The notes under the pieces are model-generated. The model was not told the DNA's origin, did no database searches, and saw nothing but the letters and a program-made list of their open reading frames with translations. A program made the translations under genes and the position numbers. A stretch of DNA of 27,901 bases from a virus (taxonomy: Duplodnaviria; Heunggongvirae; Uroviricota; Caudoviricetes): the IMG/VR virus record IMGVR_UViG_2684622620_000012. One strand, written 5' to 3'. This document shows positions 1-8,280 of the stretch, in pieces (the stretch's first letter is position 1; each line of letters opens with the position of its first letter).

Positions 1-255
1 ATGAACACTAAGGTGAAAGAAGCAGTAAAATGTTGGGCTTCTAGTCCAACGTGGTTTAGCAGGCATCCAATGGATACGGCGGAGTTCCGACGGGCTGTTT
101 CAAATCTCAAGCGCATTACCCCTACCCCATCTTTCGAAGAAATCAAAGAAGCGATCATGTTCTTTGTTTCCGATGCGCCGACAATGCTAGGTACGCCGTC
201 GGATATTCCTCAGGCGGTTCATGACTTCGCTGGAAAAATTTATAACAAGCTGTGA
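1..255 (+). CDS. hypothetical protein, 84 aa
   Basis: ATG at base 1, stop TGA 253-255, followed by a hairpin at 263-281. No motif recognised. May be the C-terminal part of a longer gene if the window edge cuts it. Confidence 0.4.
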   Translation: MNTKVKEAVKCWASSPTWFSRHPMDTAEFRRAVSNLKRITPTPSFEEIKEAIMFFVSDAPTMLGTPSDIPQAVHDFAGKIYNKL

Positions 256-262
256 GCAAAAT

Positions 263-281
263 GCGGGCTATCCCAGCCCGC
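263..281. terminator. hairpin GCGGGCT-ATCCC-AGCCCGC between convergent ORFs
   Basis: Perfect 7 bp inverted repeat with 5 nt loop; on the minus strand it is followed by ATTTTG. Sits between the stops of 1..255 (+) and 290..493 (-). Confidence 0.4.
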
Positions 282-289
282 ATCCCTAA

Positions 290-493
290 TTAACGCCGTA
301 ACTTGTTTGGCTTCGTCCATTGGTACGCCTTTTCGTTTTCCCGCCGCTGGTGGCGTTCCTGTTGCAGCACAACGGAAACAGGCGCTGAACACCTGTTAAT
401 TTTGCTTGCTGGTTGTTTGATTCCGGCAATGCTGCGGATCATCTCCAGCATATCGGCTTCGGTGATGGTCATAGGTTTCCTATCAGCACTCAT
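290..493 (-). CDS. hypothetical small protein, about 67 aa
   Basis: Track ORF 290..499 opens with TTG; first ATG is at 493. No clear Shine-Dalgarno. A plus-strand ORF 303..503 competes. Confidence 0.3.
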   Translation of the reverse strand: MSADRKPMTITEADMLEMIRSIAGIKQPASKINRCSAPVSVVLQQERHQRRENEKAYQWTKPNKLRR

Positions 494-521
494 ATCCAAT
501 TAATAAGTTCAATACAATGGA

Positions 522-1106
522 TTATCCCGTTTTAGTGACTAACCATTGCAGAATAACGATAATTAAATATGTTAATGTGCCAGTTCCAAGAAGTATTAAT
601 AATTGATAGCAACGTAGGGCAATATTACTAATCGATTTTTGCATCACGATATTCACTGGCTCAGCCACACACTCTTTAGATCTTATCGATAGAATACTTG
701 GAACTTCTCTATTTATTGATAATATTTCACATTGAATAGACTCACTAGGTGCAAGGCTTTCAAACTTGATAATATAGCGACCATCCTGTTCAATATTTTC
801 TTCAAAATGGTGGACAGGCCAAAAATTAATATGCATTGGCTTATAGTTAAAAACCAATGATATATTAGTAGCACTTTCTCGCCCTTCATTAACAAGAATA
901 ATAGATCGTGTATACACCAACTGTGAATTAGATATTACCTCACCATTAGCATTCCGTAAGGGTTCATTGAGAAGAAAAGTAAATCCATGCTGATAACCAT
1001 AGGATAACTTTGCCTTGCTTTTAAATCTGTTATTCAGTATCCATGTTAAAATCGCTATAAAAAAAGAAAATAGTTCTTTCCCATAAAGATTAAAAAAACT
1101 CATCAC
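522..1106 (-). CDS. membrane protein with N- and C-terminal transmembrane helices, 194 aa
   Basis: Hydrophobic helices FSFFIAILTWIL (N-term) and LLILLGTGTLTYLIIVILQWLV (C-term) flank a ~140 aa soluble region. GTG at 1106 and ATG at 1103, with AAGGAAA upstream. Markedly AT-rich compared with neighbours. Confidence 0.6.
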   Translation of the reverse strand: MMSFFNLYGKELFSFFIAILTWILNNRFKSKAKLSYGYQHGFTFLLNEPLRNANGEVISNSQLVYTRSIILVNEGRESATNISLVFNYKPMHINFWPVHHFEENIEQDGRYIIKFESLAPSESIQCEILSINREVPSILSIRSKECVAEPVNIVMQKSISNIALRCYQLLILLGTGTLTYLIIVILQWLVTKTG

Positions 1107-1225
1107 ACATTTCCTTCAGTAATCTGATTCTGCTGTCAAAGTTACCAGCACTATAGTCATTCATCCACATTGCGACAAGAAGGTTACAGCACGTTCAATC
1201 ACACCTTAGGAAATCTTAGGGGGCT

Positions 1226-1499
1226 GGTTGACACTTTCCGGCTTAAGACCTTAATAAATCTTAATATCGCAGGTTGACACACTTGACACTTTTTCGGGAA
1301 AAACCTTAACAAAACTTAACCATCCCTGGCATTTCTAAGCATGGCAACTTGACACTTTTCGCGATTTTTTCGGTTTTTTGACGTGGTGAATATGGTACAA
1401 GGCCAGTAATGGCGCGGCTTCCAGCAAGGTTGACACTTTTTCGCGTTCAGAGTGTAAAGTGTCAACCTGGCAAGCTGCTCAACTTGACACTTTTTGAGG
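1226..1499. repeat. array of six direct and one inverted copy of GGTTGACACTTTT(CG) (iteron-like)
   Basis: Direct copies at about 1226-1239, 1272-1280, 1281-1298, 1345-1363, 1426-1445 and 1481-1499; inverted copy AAAGTGTCAACC at 1457-1468. Second motif CTTAA(T/C)AAA(A/T)CTTAA occurs twice at 1248-1266 and 1305-1320. Confidence 0.7.
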
Positions 1500-2027
1500 T
1501 CATTGATGGCCTGATTTTTCCCATTCAGCCAGGGCGTTTAGTCCTGCCTCACTCCATGTGTCCTGTTCATCGGGACAATCGCTGGCAACATAGCATAGTT
1601 CACAACGCAGCATATGAATTGCCAGCCAGGCATTACCCCGCAAATTGTATTGTTCAAAGTAATGCTGTCCTTCATCATCCTCAAGGCAGATAGCACCATC
1701 ATCAAGAAAGTGCACTTCCCAGCCTAATTCCCCGGCTGCATTCAGCACACGCTGCCGTATGTCATCGTCCGTTACTGGCGCAGGGATTTTACCGTCTCTG
1801 GCCTTAACTGCTTTCCAGAACTCGCCCCACGTCATTTCCAGCGTTCTCTCTGGCCACATTTCAGAAACGGTGTCTTTCCCCTGTGCTGGTGGGCTGTTCC
1901 GCTGATCTGTCGCATCCACATCAATTTTTTTGCCAGACATGATCACTTCGCCTTTCTCGATCCAGTCGTAAACTGTCTGGCGGCTTACGCCTTTGTATTT
2001 GGCGTATTCGGCTTTACTCATCAACAT
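1500..2027 (-). CDS. DNA-binding protein with N-terminal helix-turn-helix (MerR/excisionase-like), about 175 aa
   Basis: N-terminal SKAEYAKYKGVSRQTVYDWIEKGEV resembles HTH_17/excisionase-type motifs. GAGGTGA sits 5 nt upstream of the ATG at 2027; the track ATG at 2045 lacks an SD. Confidence 0.6.
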   Translation of the reverse strand: MLMSKAEYAKYKGVSRQTVYDWIEKGEVIMSGKKIDVDATDQRNSPPAQGKDTVSEMWPERTLEMTWGEFWKAVKARDGKIPAPVTDDDIRQRVLNAAGELGWEVHFLDDGAICLEDDEGQHYFEQYNLRGNAWLAIHMLRCELCYVASDCPDEQDTWSEAGLNALAEWEKSGHQ

Positions 2028-2127
2028 GTAGCTCACCTCATGCATATACGATAAAAAAATAATTTCATGCGGAAAGGGAATGCGTTGTGGGTATGGAGGA
2101 AAGGGGCAATAACCGCCCCTTACTGAT

Positions 2128-2400
2128 TCAGTTGCGCCAGGATGGCTGGCTAAGCGTGGTTTTCATTACATCATTGACGACCTGTTTTACGATTTCTGTG
2201 TTGGCAGTCGTGCTTTCAACATCAACAAAGCCATAATCGCCAATTTCCACCGTCAGGGATTCCAGTTTCTTCCCTAGAGCATCAGGCAACTCTCCACTGA
2301 ACCGGTGCTGAAGATTTTCCACCAGCAACGCCCTGAATGCCTCGCTGTTCTCTTTTTTCTGCCATAGCTGGCGTTTATCCACTCTGATATTTAATTTCAC
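2128..2400 (-). CDS. hypothetical protein, 90 aa
   Basis: GTG start with strong SD AAGAGGTGA 5 nt upstream; start overlaps the stop of the upstream gene (GTGA), suggesting translational coupling. Confidence 0.55.
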   Translation of the reverse strand: MKLNIRVDKRQLWQKKENSEAFRALLVENLQHRFSGELPDALGKKLESLTVEIGDYGFVDVESTTANTEIVKQVVNDVMKTTLSQPSWRN

Positions 2401-2564
2401 AGTCTCACCTCTTTAAGTGCCTTATCCATCAGTTGCCGAGCGATAACATGAATCGACGGTGCCACACCAAGCACAGATTTCTGACGCTCTTCGTCCTGGA
2501 TGCGTTGCAGGGCTTCGATCTGCCTCCGGGAAAGTAAAACTGGCTTTACTCCGTGATTTTTCAT
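2397..2564 (-). CDS. small putative ribbon-helix-helix-like DNA-binding protein, 55 aa
   Basis: MKNHGVKPVLLSRRQIEALQRIQ...: short beta-strand-like N-terminus followed by two predicted helices. ATG at 2564; stop overlaps the downstream GTG start. Fold assignment is tentative. Confidence 0.45.
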   Translation of the reverse strand: MKNHGVKPVLLSRRQIEALQRIQDEERQKSVLGVAPSIHVIARQLMDKALKEVRL

Positions 2565-2842
2565 GATGATCCCTTCTGAATGACAATAATTGCAATTATT
2601 GCACAAATTGAAATGATACCAGAGACAATTGCAATAAATGAAACGAAAAGCATCAATAAACCAACCTTCGGCACTGAATGCTCTGATTTTTCTGCAAAGG
2701 TATGGCAGATGTTGGTGCATGCAAACATAAAGGCAATAGCAGAAGAAACAGCGGGGAGTGAAAAGGGGAAGTTTTTATAAATACACGATTGTCGCCTCAC
2801 TGCAGGTTAACAGCCACAAGCTCCATGATAATAACTTGTTAA

Positions 2843-3166
2843 TTATTTCATCAGATTTTTCATTATTTGCGCGATTGAGTACACAAGCAAAAACTCGGCA
2901 GCCGCAAGAGTATAAAAAACATAAATTCGCTTAGCCCACCGACGATGAAAGAACTCCTCAGCATGGCCGGATGTTCGAGATACAAGCCATGCACCTACTG
3001 CACACAGAGCAGGTGCAATGAGCACAGTTATAAACCAGATTGTGATGCCCATCCCATACCTACTGATAATAGCCATTGGTATTGCAAAAATGAATGTTAG
3101 AGCAGCATTAGCTAATAGAATATCTTTTAAAGTATTTTCAATTAGTTTTTCTAGATTATCTTTCAT
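2843..3166 (-). CDS. small integral membrane protein, 107 aa
   Basis: Three hydrophobic segments (e.g. ILLANAALTFIFAIPMAII, ITIWFITVLIAPALCAVGAWLV); ATG at 3166 preceded by a G-rich SD; AT-rich. Confidence 0.6.
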   Translation of the reverse strand: MKDNLEKLIENTLKDILLANAALTFIFAIPMAIISRYGMGITIWFITVLIAPALCAVGAWLVSRTSGHAEEFFHRRWAKRIYVFYTLAAAEFLLVYSIAQIMKNLMK

Positions 3167-3196
3167 CTAATCCCCCCCGTTGAACATTAATATATA

Positions 3197-3219
3197 AAAG
3201 CCCCTTACTAAGGGGCTTT
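3197..3219. terminator. perfect hairpin AAAGCCCCTTA/TAAGGGGCTTT between lipoprotein and membrane protein genes
   Basis: 11 bp inverted repeat with A-run upstream and T-rich sequence downstream on the minus strand; sits just after the lipoprotein stop at 3231. Confidence 0.55.
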
Positions 3220-3230
3220 GCACGGATTGT

Positions 3231-4373
3231 TTAAAGGGAACTTTTTTTCGCCCCTTCAATTTCTGCCTGACAAATTTCGTCATTTGTAAATGAGTACTGC
3301 AAATAGACATATCCCTGAGTGGAATTGTTCGCTCTGGCCTCAATATATATAGTATCAATATTGTTTTTTAATGGTATTTCTTTTGTTCCCTTCCATGTGG
3401 CAGATAAGAAGCGTTCTTTTTTGTTTAGCCCCCTCATCCAGTCCTGAGGATCTTTCCAAATTGAACCAGCCAGCAAAAAGTCTGTAGTATCAGCCTTTCC
3501 ATACAGAGAACTTAAAGAATTACTCAATTCTTCAAACTTGGATTTAAGAGCCAATCCATAGCTATCAGTATCAATATTTTTTCCTAAAGCCCGTATTTGA
3601 CATAAACCAGCTTTCGGGGAGATCAACAAACCATACATTTCAAAATCTGCGTTTTGCTTCGGTAATTTATCAGAAGTATACAGATTCACACTGTCTGGTA
3701 GTGGCTTGAGCTTAGCACCGATCATATCTTCGATGTTTTTCTGTGTAAGACCGGCTTCTAAGCCAAACGGACCATCCGCTGGCGGGAGTAAAGGAAGTTG
3801 CTCTTGGGAATTTTTGGCTGTTACTTCCGTTTCAGTACTGTTTTTTGCGTCATTATCTTGTACTGATGCCAGCTTAACTTCAGCGAGGCCATACTTGGCT
3901 GTGAGGTACTTTTGCTGCAACATTGCCATGGTCTGCTCTTCAGTGGCAACAGTAGATAATTTTAGTACCTTTATCAGACCACCACTATACTGACGAGCAT
4001 CAGCTTTGGCTTCGTTGATTTTTGCATCTAAGCTGTCAATTTCAGTTTTAATTGAAGCCGCAAGCTCAGGATCAGGTTTTACTCCAGATACAACAACATC
4101 AATTTTGGCGCCTGATTCAATAGCATTAATACGCTGTTCCAAAAGCGCTTTATTAGTTCCTAATATTTCCAGTCTTGCTGTTGTCAGATTTTTTATCAAC
4201 CCACCAGAAAACTGCTGGTCAACTTCCTTAGCTGCTGATATTTCACCTTCCGTTTGCGACAGTTCAGCTTTAAGAGCCGCTACTTCCTGTTTCTGTTCTG
4301 GAGTTAACTCTTCTGGCCCACATCCGGTTAACATTACTATACCGACTAATGTTGCAATTAAAGTTTTATTCAT
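3231..4373 (-). CDS. lipoprotein with coiled-coil-like internal repeats, 380 aa
   Basis: Signal peptide plus lipobox (MNKTLIATLVGIVMLTGC); an internal ~40 aa segment is duplicated (QQFSGGLIKNLTTARLEILG... and RQYSGGLIKVLKLSTVATEE); ATG at 4373; AT-rich. Confidence 0.75.
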   Translation of the reverse strand: MNKTLIATLVGIVMLTGCGPEELTPEQKQEVAALKAELSQTEGEISAAKEVDQQFSGGLIKNLTTARLEILGTNKALLEQRINAIESGAKIDVVVSGVKPDPELAASIKTEIDSLDAKINEAKADARQYSGGLIKVLKLSTVATEEQTMAMLQQKYLTAKYGLAEVKLASVQDNDAKNSTETEVTAKNSQEQLPLLPPADGPFGLEAGLTQKNIEDMIGAKLKPLPDSVNLYTSDKLPKQNADFEMYGLLISPKAGLCQIRALGKNIDTDSYGLALKSKFEELSNSLSSLYGKADTTDFLLAGSIWKDPQDWMRGLNKKERFLSATWKGTKEIPLKNNIDTIYIEARANNSTQGYVYLQYSFTNDEICQAEIEGAKKSSL

Positions 4374-4507
4374 ATCCCTATTCCAAATGAAAATATTCAG
4401 ATTAATCGTATCAGGAACCCAGATGCAATTGAATATTCATCTGCTCAGCAACGTAGTAGATTTCCTCAGAAAGCATCAACAAAAAACCAAGAGAATCCCA
4501 TCCTCTG

Positions 4508-4795
4508 TTACTGACTACAATTGTTCTTTTTTTGGTATTTCCTGAATGCCTCACCATTGGGCTGATGTAATCCCATCCCGACATGTGCCCGGCTGATGGT
4601 TTTGCGCATCTCCCCGAAATTATCCTGCCTTGCTGGTGGGCGTGCTGCCTTGTGGATACATTCCGCGCGACGTTTTGCCGCCTGTTCCCGTGCCTTGTCA
4701 TCATTCGCCAGCATGATGACCTCAGCCCACCGAGCCGCCGCTCTCCGGTACAGACCACGCGCTTCCAGTGCTTCCGCTTTGCTGTCGTGAATCAT
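4508..4795 (-). CDS. PerC-like transcriptional regulator (tentative), 95 aa
   Basis: N-terminal SKAEALEARGLYRRAAARWAEVIM resembles the conserved N-terminus of PerC/Pch-type regulators as I recall it; start overlaps the FinO-like stop (ATGA). Confidence 0.45.
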   Translation of the reverse strand: MIHDSKAEALEARGLYRRAAARWAEVIMLANDDKAREQAAKRRAECIHKAARPPARQDNFGEMRKTISRAHVGMGLHQPNGEAFRKYQKKNNCSQ

Positions 4796-5370
4796 GCGCC
4801 TGTTTTCTCCTTTGCTGCCCGGCGCTGACGTTTGCGCTTCTCATTCAGCGCCACCAGCCGCGTTTCTGCGTCCTGTTGTTCCTGTGGTGTCACCTCGCCG
4901 CACGGCTGGCCTTTCAGGTCGTAGCGTACCCCACCAGCCATTAAGGCGCGGTAATAGCGCGGACACTGCGCATAAGATGCCAGCGTCGCACGTAATGCCC
5001 CTGGCCCGAATGCCAGCCCCCTGACGGCGAGATTCTGCATCAGGTCGTCAAATATTCCCACCTTAAGCGGCTTCGGTGCTTCCCGGTTGAATAATTCAGG
5101 CCACAACTCAGTAAGGCGGTTAACGCGCCTGCGATTTTTGCGCTGGCGTTTGGTCATATGCCGCCACGATGTCGCCCCTGTGAGCTTCTGCTGCGCTTTC
5201 TGGTTACCGAGCATCACTTTATGCGCCGATGGGGTTTTATCCTGCTCCTGTGCCGCCTGCGTCGTTTTCTGCGGCGTGCCGTAAATGCCTTTCGGTTTTC
5301 TGTTAATGGTCAGCTTAGTCATGCTTTGCCCCATCGTTTTTACTGATTGTTTCATGCCCGGTACTTTCAT
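4792..5370 (-). CDS. FinO/ProQ-domain RNA-binding protein with basic N-terminal extension, 192 aa
   Basis: C-terminal half (LTELWPELFN...PLKVGIFDDLMQNL...LRATLASYAQCPRYYRALMAGGVRYDLKGQPCGEV) aligns by eye with the ProQ N-terminal/FinO domain of E. coli ProQ. Start uncertain: no good SD at any in-frame ATG. Confidence 0.75.
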   Translation of the reverse strand: MKVPGMKQSVKTMGQSMTKLTINRKPKGIYGTPQKTTQAAQEQDKTPSAHKVMLGNQKAQQKLTGATSWRHMTKRQRKNRRRVNRLTELWPELFNREAPKPLKVGIFDDLMQNLAVRGLAFGPGALRATLASYAQCPRYYRALMAGGVRYDLKGQPCGEVTPQEQQDAETRLVALNEKRKRQRRAAKEKTGA

Positions 5371-5399
5371 CTACCATCAACGTCAAAACTACGAAACGG

Positions 5400-5674
5400 G
5401 ATGCATTCATATAGATGCGCTGAACGTATACTGCAATAATGGCTGGGTGGAAATCGACAAAAACATCGCCGAAAACGCCTAACGTGGTGTGGCAGTGGGC
5501 CGGAAAAACTGGTTGTTCGCAGGTTCCAACAGCGGTGGCGAACATACTGCGGTGCTGTACTTGCTGATCGGCACGTGCCGTCTGAACAAGGAGGAGCCAG
5601 AAAAATGGTTGCGTTACGTCATTGAGCATATCCCGGACTGGACGGCAAACCGGGTACGTGATCTGTTGTCCTAG
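5400..5674 (+). pseudogene. IS66-family transposase, C-terminal remnant with in-frame stop
   Basis: GWVEIDKNIAENA*RGVAVGRKNWLFAGSNSGGEHTAVLYLLIGTCRLN... matches the conserved IS66 TnpC C-terminus (EIDNN...GRKNWLF...); TAA at 5480-5482 interrupts the frame; only ~90 codons of a ~500 aa transposase are present. Confidence 0.65.
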
Positions 5675-5962
5675 AAAGCCGATCTAACCGGGCAATAAAT
5701 ATCAAAACGGTTTTGGCGAGCCGCTTGCATCTCAACAAAACAATTGATATTTAAATAATAAAAATACATACACTACAATAAGTTAAATTATGAGGTTATA
5801 TTGGGGATACTTCACATAAAGAGTTATGATGACCCCGGATAACTTTATCGAAAGTACCGATGATAATCTAAGTTAACAATGAGTTTCAGTTTTTCGATTC
5901 ATACATGACATGGCTTGCACTATGTAAGTGATTAATTATTAATATTATTTTACGCATAATCG

Positions 5963-5990
5963 AGAAGGGGGCGCTTAAGTACCCCCAAAC
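5963..5990. repeat. AAGGGGGCGCT + CTTAAGTACCCCCAAA motif, shared with the integrase upstream region
   Basis: AAGTACCCCCAA (5977-5988) recurs exactly at 16276-16287; CTTAAGTACCCC(C)AAA recurs inverted at 16299-16314; AAGGGGCGCT recurs at 16333-16342. Also forms a local hairpin (GGGGG...CCCCC) just 3' of the peptidase gene. Confidence 0.4.
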
Positions 5991-5992
5991 TT

Positions 5993-6889
5993 TTAGATAT
6001 GCCGAATAAAGGATTGGTTATTAGAGCCTTCAATAAGCTTAACTGTAGGAGTGTTGAAAAGGGTTTGTGTACAACAGTGATGTACTGTAAGAACTGCGTC
6101 CTGAAACTGGGGATGGTCTTCAAGCTGAGTGATCCGCAAACCTAATTCAATGGCTCTCTCTGCGTGGATATGCCGAGAATGATCCTTCGTATCCGTACGA
6201 TTGTTTAAGCTTTTGACAATCGCAGTGGCGAGTTCGCTACGCCGAGGTTCAGGTAAATCTTTAAGCATTCCATTTTTTAACCATTCAGTAACCAAATCAT
6301 CGGCAAGCTGAATAGCTTTGCTAGCTGTATCAAAAATGGTAGGTGGGTAGCGCGAGATGATTGTTTGCCAAATCGGGAGGCTGGAAGGTTCTTTTTGAAT
6401 GCTATCAATAGCATTTTTTAACTCTTCCAAAATACCATAAGCTGAAAGACCACCAAAGATATGAGGATCAAAAGGTCCGATACTTGAATGATGCCCCATT
6501 ACAATTTCTTTGCAGGCACACGCAATCATTGTTCCTGCAGACATGCTCATTTGAGGAACAATGGCCCGAATATCACCATTAAAAAGCTTTTTAAGGTAGT
6601 AAACCAGAGACTCAGCCGCAGTTATAGAACCACCAGGGGTATGCAAGAAAAGGTCTAAGCCTTTCGTTCTATCCATTCCGTTAACAACAGCCATGAAACC
6701 ATTTTTGTCATCATCATTGATGCTGACATGCTGATGATTACCGTTATGTAAAAAGTCTGTGTAGTAACATATTACGTTTCTATCAGTACTGTCACTCAAA
6801 GCTTTTATGTACTTACGGCGGACAATATCAAAGCGAGAATCGTCTTGGAGGCTTTGGATTTCCTCCAAGACTTGGGCCAGATTGGGCAT
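5993..6889 (-). CDS. ClpP/crotonase-fold serine peptidase (S49/SDH-like family), 298 aa
   Basis: [20 protein letters not shown]...[23 protein letters not shown] matches the TPGG...SAGT nucleophile region of ClpP/SppA/serine-dehydrogenase-type proteases; AAGGA sits 8 nt upstream of the ATG; AT-rich. Confidence 0.65.
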   Translation of the reverse strand: MPNLAQVLEEIQSLQDDSRFDIVRRKYIKALSDSTDRNVICYYTDFLHNGNHQHVSINDDDKNGFMAVVNGMDRTKGLDLFLHTPGGSITAAESLVYYLKKLFNGDIRAIVPQMSMSAGTMIACACKEIVMGHHSSIGPFDPHIFGGLSAYGILEELKNAIDSIQKEPSSLPIWQTIISRYPPTIFDTASKAIQLADDLVTEWLKNGMLKDLPEPRRSELATAIVKSLNNRTDTKDHSRHIHAERAIELGLRITQLEDHPQFQDAVLTVHHCCTQTLFNTPTVKLIEGSNNQSFIRHI

Positions 6890-6907
6890 GGGATGGTAAC
6901 GTCCTTG

Positions 6908-7132
6908 TTAAGCTTTTGTAGTGGTGCTTACATGCAAAGTTGAGTAGCCAGTTGTTCTGGTAGAACACTTAAGCTTAGTCATCTCATGTTGATGAGAAAA
7001 ACTTGCAACACCGCTTAAGCCGCCGAACTCATGGCTCATTGCGCCAAATTGTTGTGGGAACTGGATACCTGAAGTATTTGATGCCACAAGTCCCGTTTCC
7101 AAGAGAATTTTTTCGTAATTGATTTCAGCCAT
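6908..7132 (-). CDS. small hypothetical protein, 74 aa, upstream partner of the peptidase
   Basis: ATG at 7132 with GGAG 8 nt upstream; stops 18 bp before the peptidase start. S/T/G-rich with no recognised motif. Confidence 0.4.
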   Translation of the reverse strand: MAEINYEKILLETGLVASNTSGIQFPQQFGAMSHEFGGLSGVASFSHQHEMTKLKCSTRTTGYSTLHVSTTTKA

Positions 7133-7210
7133 GTTAGTACTCCGCTAAATGTAGTGCTTGCGTCAATGCTTCGACACTACATGTTGTTTTTATAGTTCTT
7201 TTTAGACAGA

Positions 7211-7244
7211 AAAACCCCGCTGTCTGGCGAGGTTTTATTTTTCT
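7211..7244. terminator. hairpin AAAACCCCGC...GCGAGGTTTT with flanking T-runs
   Basis: ~10 bp imperfect stem with loop TGTCTG, followed by TTTATTTTTC on plus and TTTTTC on minus; separates the helicase-fragment region from the peptidase operon. Confidence 0.35.
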
Positions 7245-7379
7245 TATGCTGATAATAGCAGCAATTATAAGAAGTCAAAGTCTTTTTATGTAAATTTTAA
7301 GCTGTTAGGGGTGATTTTTCTCTAACTTGTTGATTCGTTCTCAAGCTAAGTCATGTTTTAAGAGCGGCAACTGCACTAA

Positions 7380-8274
7380 TAACCTGCCCGTTCTCAGACA
7401 TGATTCGTGAAAATGCGAGACGTTTCAGCTGCTCCATATCGAGTCCAGGAGCCCGTAGTAATGCATCAGACAGTTCCTGCTACTTTCCGCTGTACATCGA
7501 CAGCAGCATTTTCCTGACTGCTGCGCTCGAACCTACCGAATGCCTGAACATCATCAGATGCCAGTGGTTTAACCGGTGAGAATCTGTTCATCAGATAATC
7601 GAGAATGTTTGCAGTCTGCTTGCTTACGGCAGACACACCACGAGTAAAGGATTTAAGCGTGTCCAGATTCCACCCGCTCTGCGGTTTTTTGCCTGTTCGT
7701 TAAAATCCGGATCGTTGCGGATAACGTCAAGCAATTCTGCCTCTACTTCTGCCCGCTGCGCCATGACGCGTAGGTTAGTCAGTTCGCCGACCATGCCGCA
7801 GAATAAAGCATCCATCTGAGTATTTGGCGCAGCAACCTTACCGGCATAATCCACCAGCATTCCCACGCAATCAGCTAGCCGCTTCAGGTGGTCACAGAAG
7901 GCGTACAGCTTTACCTCCAGTGCCTCTTTGCTGTTCCGTTTCCTCAGCAGCAGCGCCCGCTCTTTTTCCGGGGTCCTTATCTTCCTCACTGACGCGACAG
8001 TTAAACTGGAAAATAACACGGCGACGGGCAACGCTTCCGGCGTGTTCGGTAAAAATCATCGGCGTATTATTCGTGGCCACAACCACCGCCCGGCATATTC
8101 TGTAAAACTTACGCTCTGTCCCTGTCGCATCCAGTGCGCAATCATGATCAGAGTTCTGGTAAAGCGGTGAATATCGCCGCATAGTCCACATGATGTCGCA
8201 AAACTTTTCAGCTCTTCACGCTCTATGTAAGTCATACCCTGAGGTATGTAACGTTCTGTTTTCATTTTTAACAT
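7380..8274 (-). pseudogene. decayed C-terminal fragment of a D5/P4-alpha-type (SF3) primase-helicase
   Basis: Three broken ORFs (8056..8274, 7892..8191, 7624..8031). The middle one carries VVVATNNTPMIFTEHAGSVARRRVIFQFN, resembling SF3 helicase motif C plus the downstream RR...F segment of D5/P4 primases. No Walker A/B upstream; frame changes and an in-frame stop present. Confidence 0.4.
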
Positions 8275-8280
8275 TCCTGA

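Noticed and set aside
1409-1693. Plus-strand ORF of 94 aa
   Set aside because: Lies antisense to the HTH gene and runs through the TTGACAC repeat array; Arg/Leu-rich composition typical of a spurious frame.
3706-4545. Plus-strand ORFs 3706..3993 and 4006..4545
   Set aside because: Entirely antisense to the well-supported lipoprotein gene; Ser-rich low-complexity translations.
4411-4828. ORFs 4411..4758 (-), 4583..4828 (+) and 4596..4790 (+)
   Set aside because: Alternative frames over the PerC-like gene and the FinO-like 3' end; Arg-rich composition; the PerC-like frame carries the recognisable motif.
5087-5346. Plus-strand ORFs 5087..5284 and 5158..5346
   Set aside because: Antisense to the FinO/ProQ-domain gene, whose frame carries the conserved domain.
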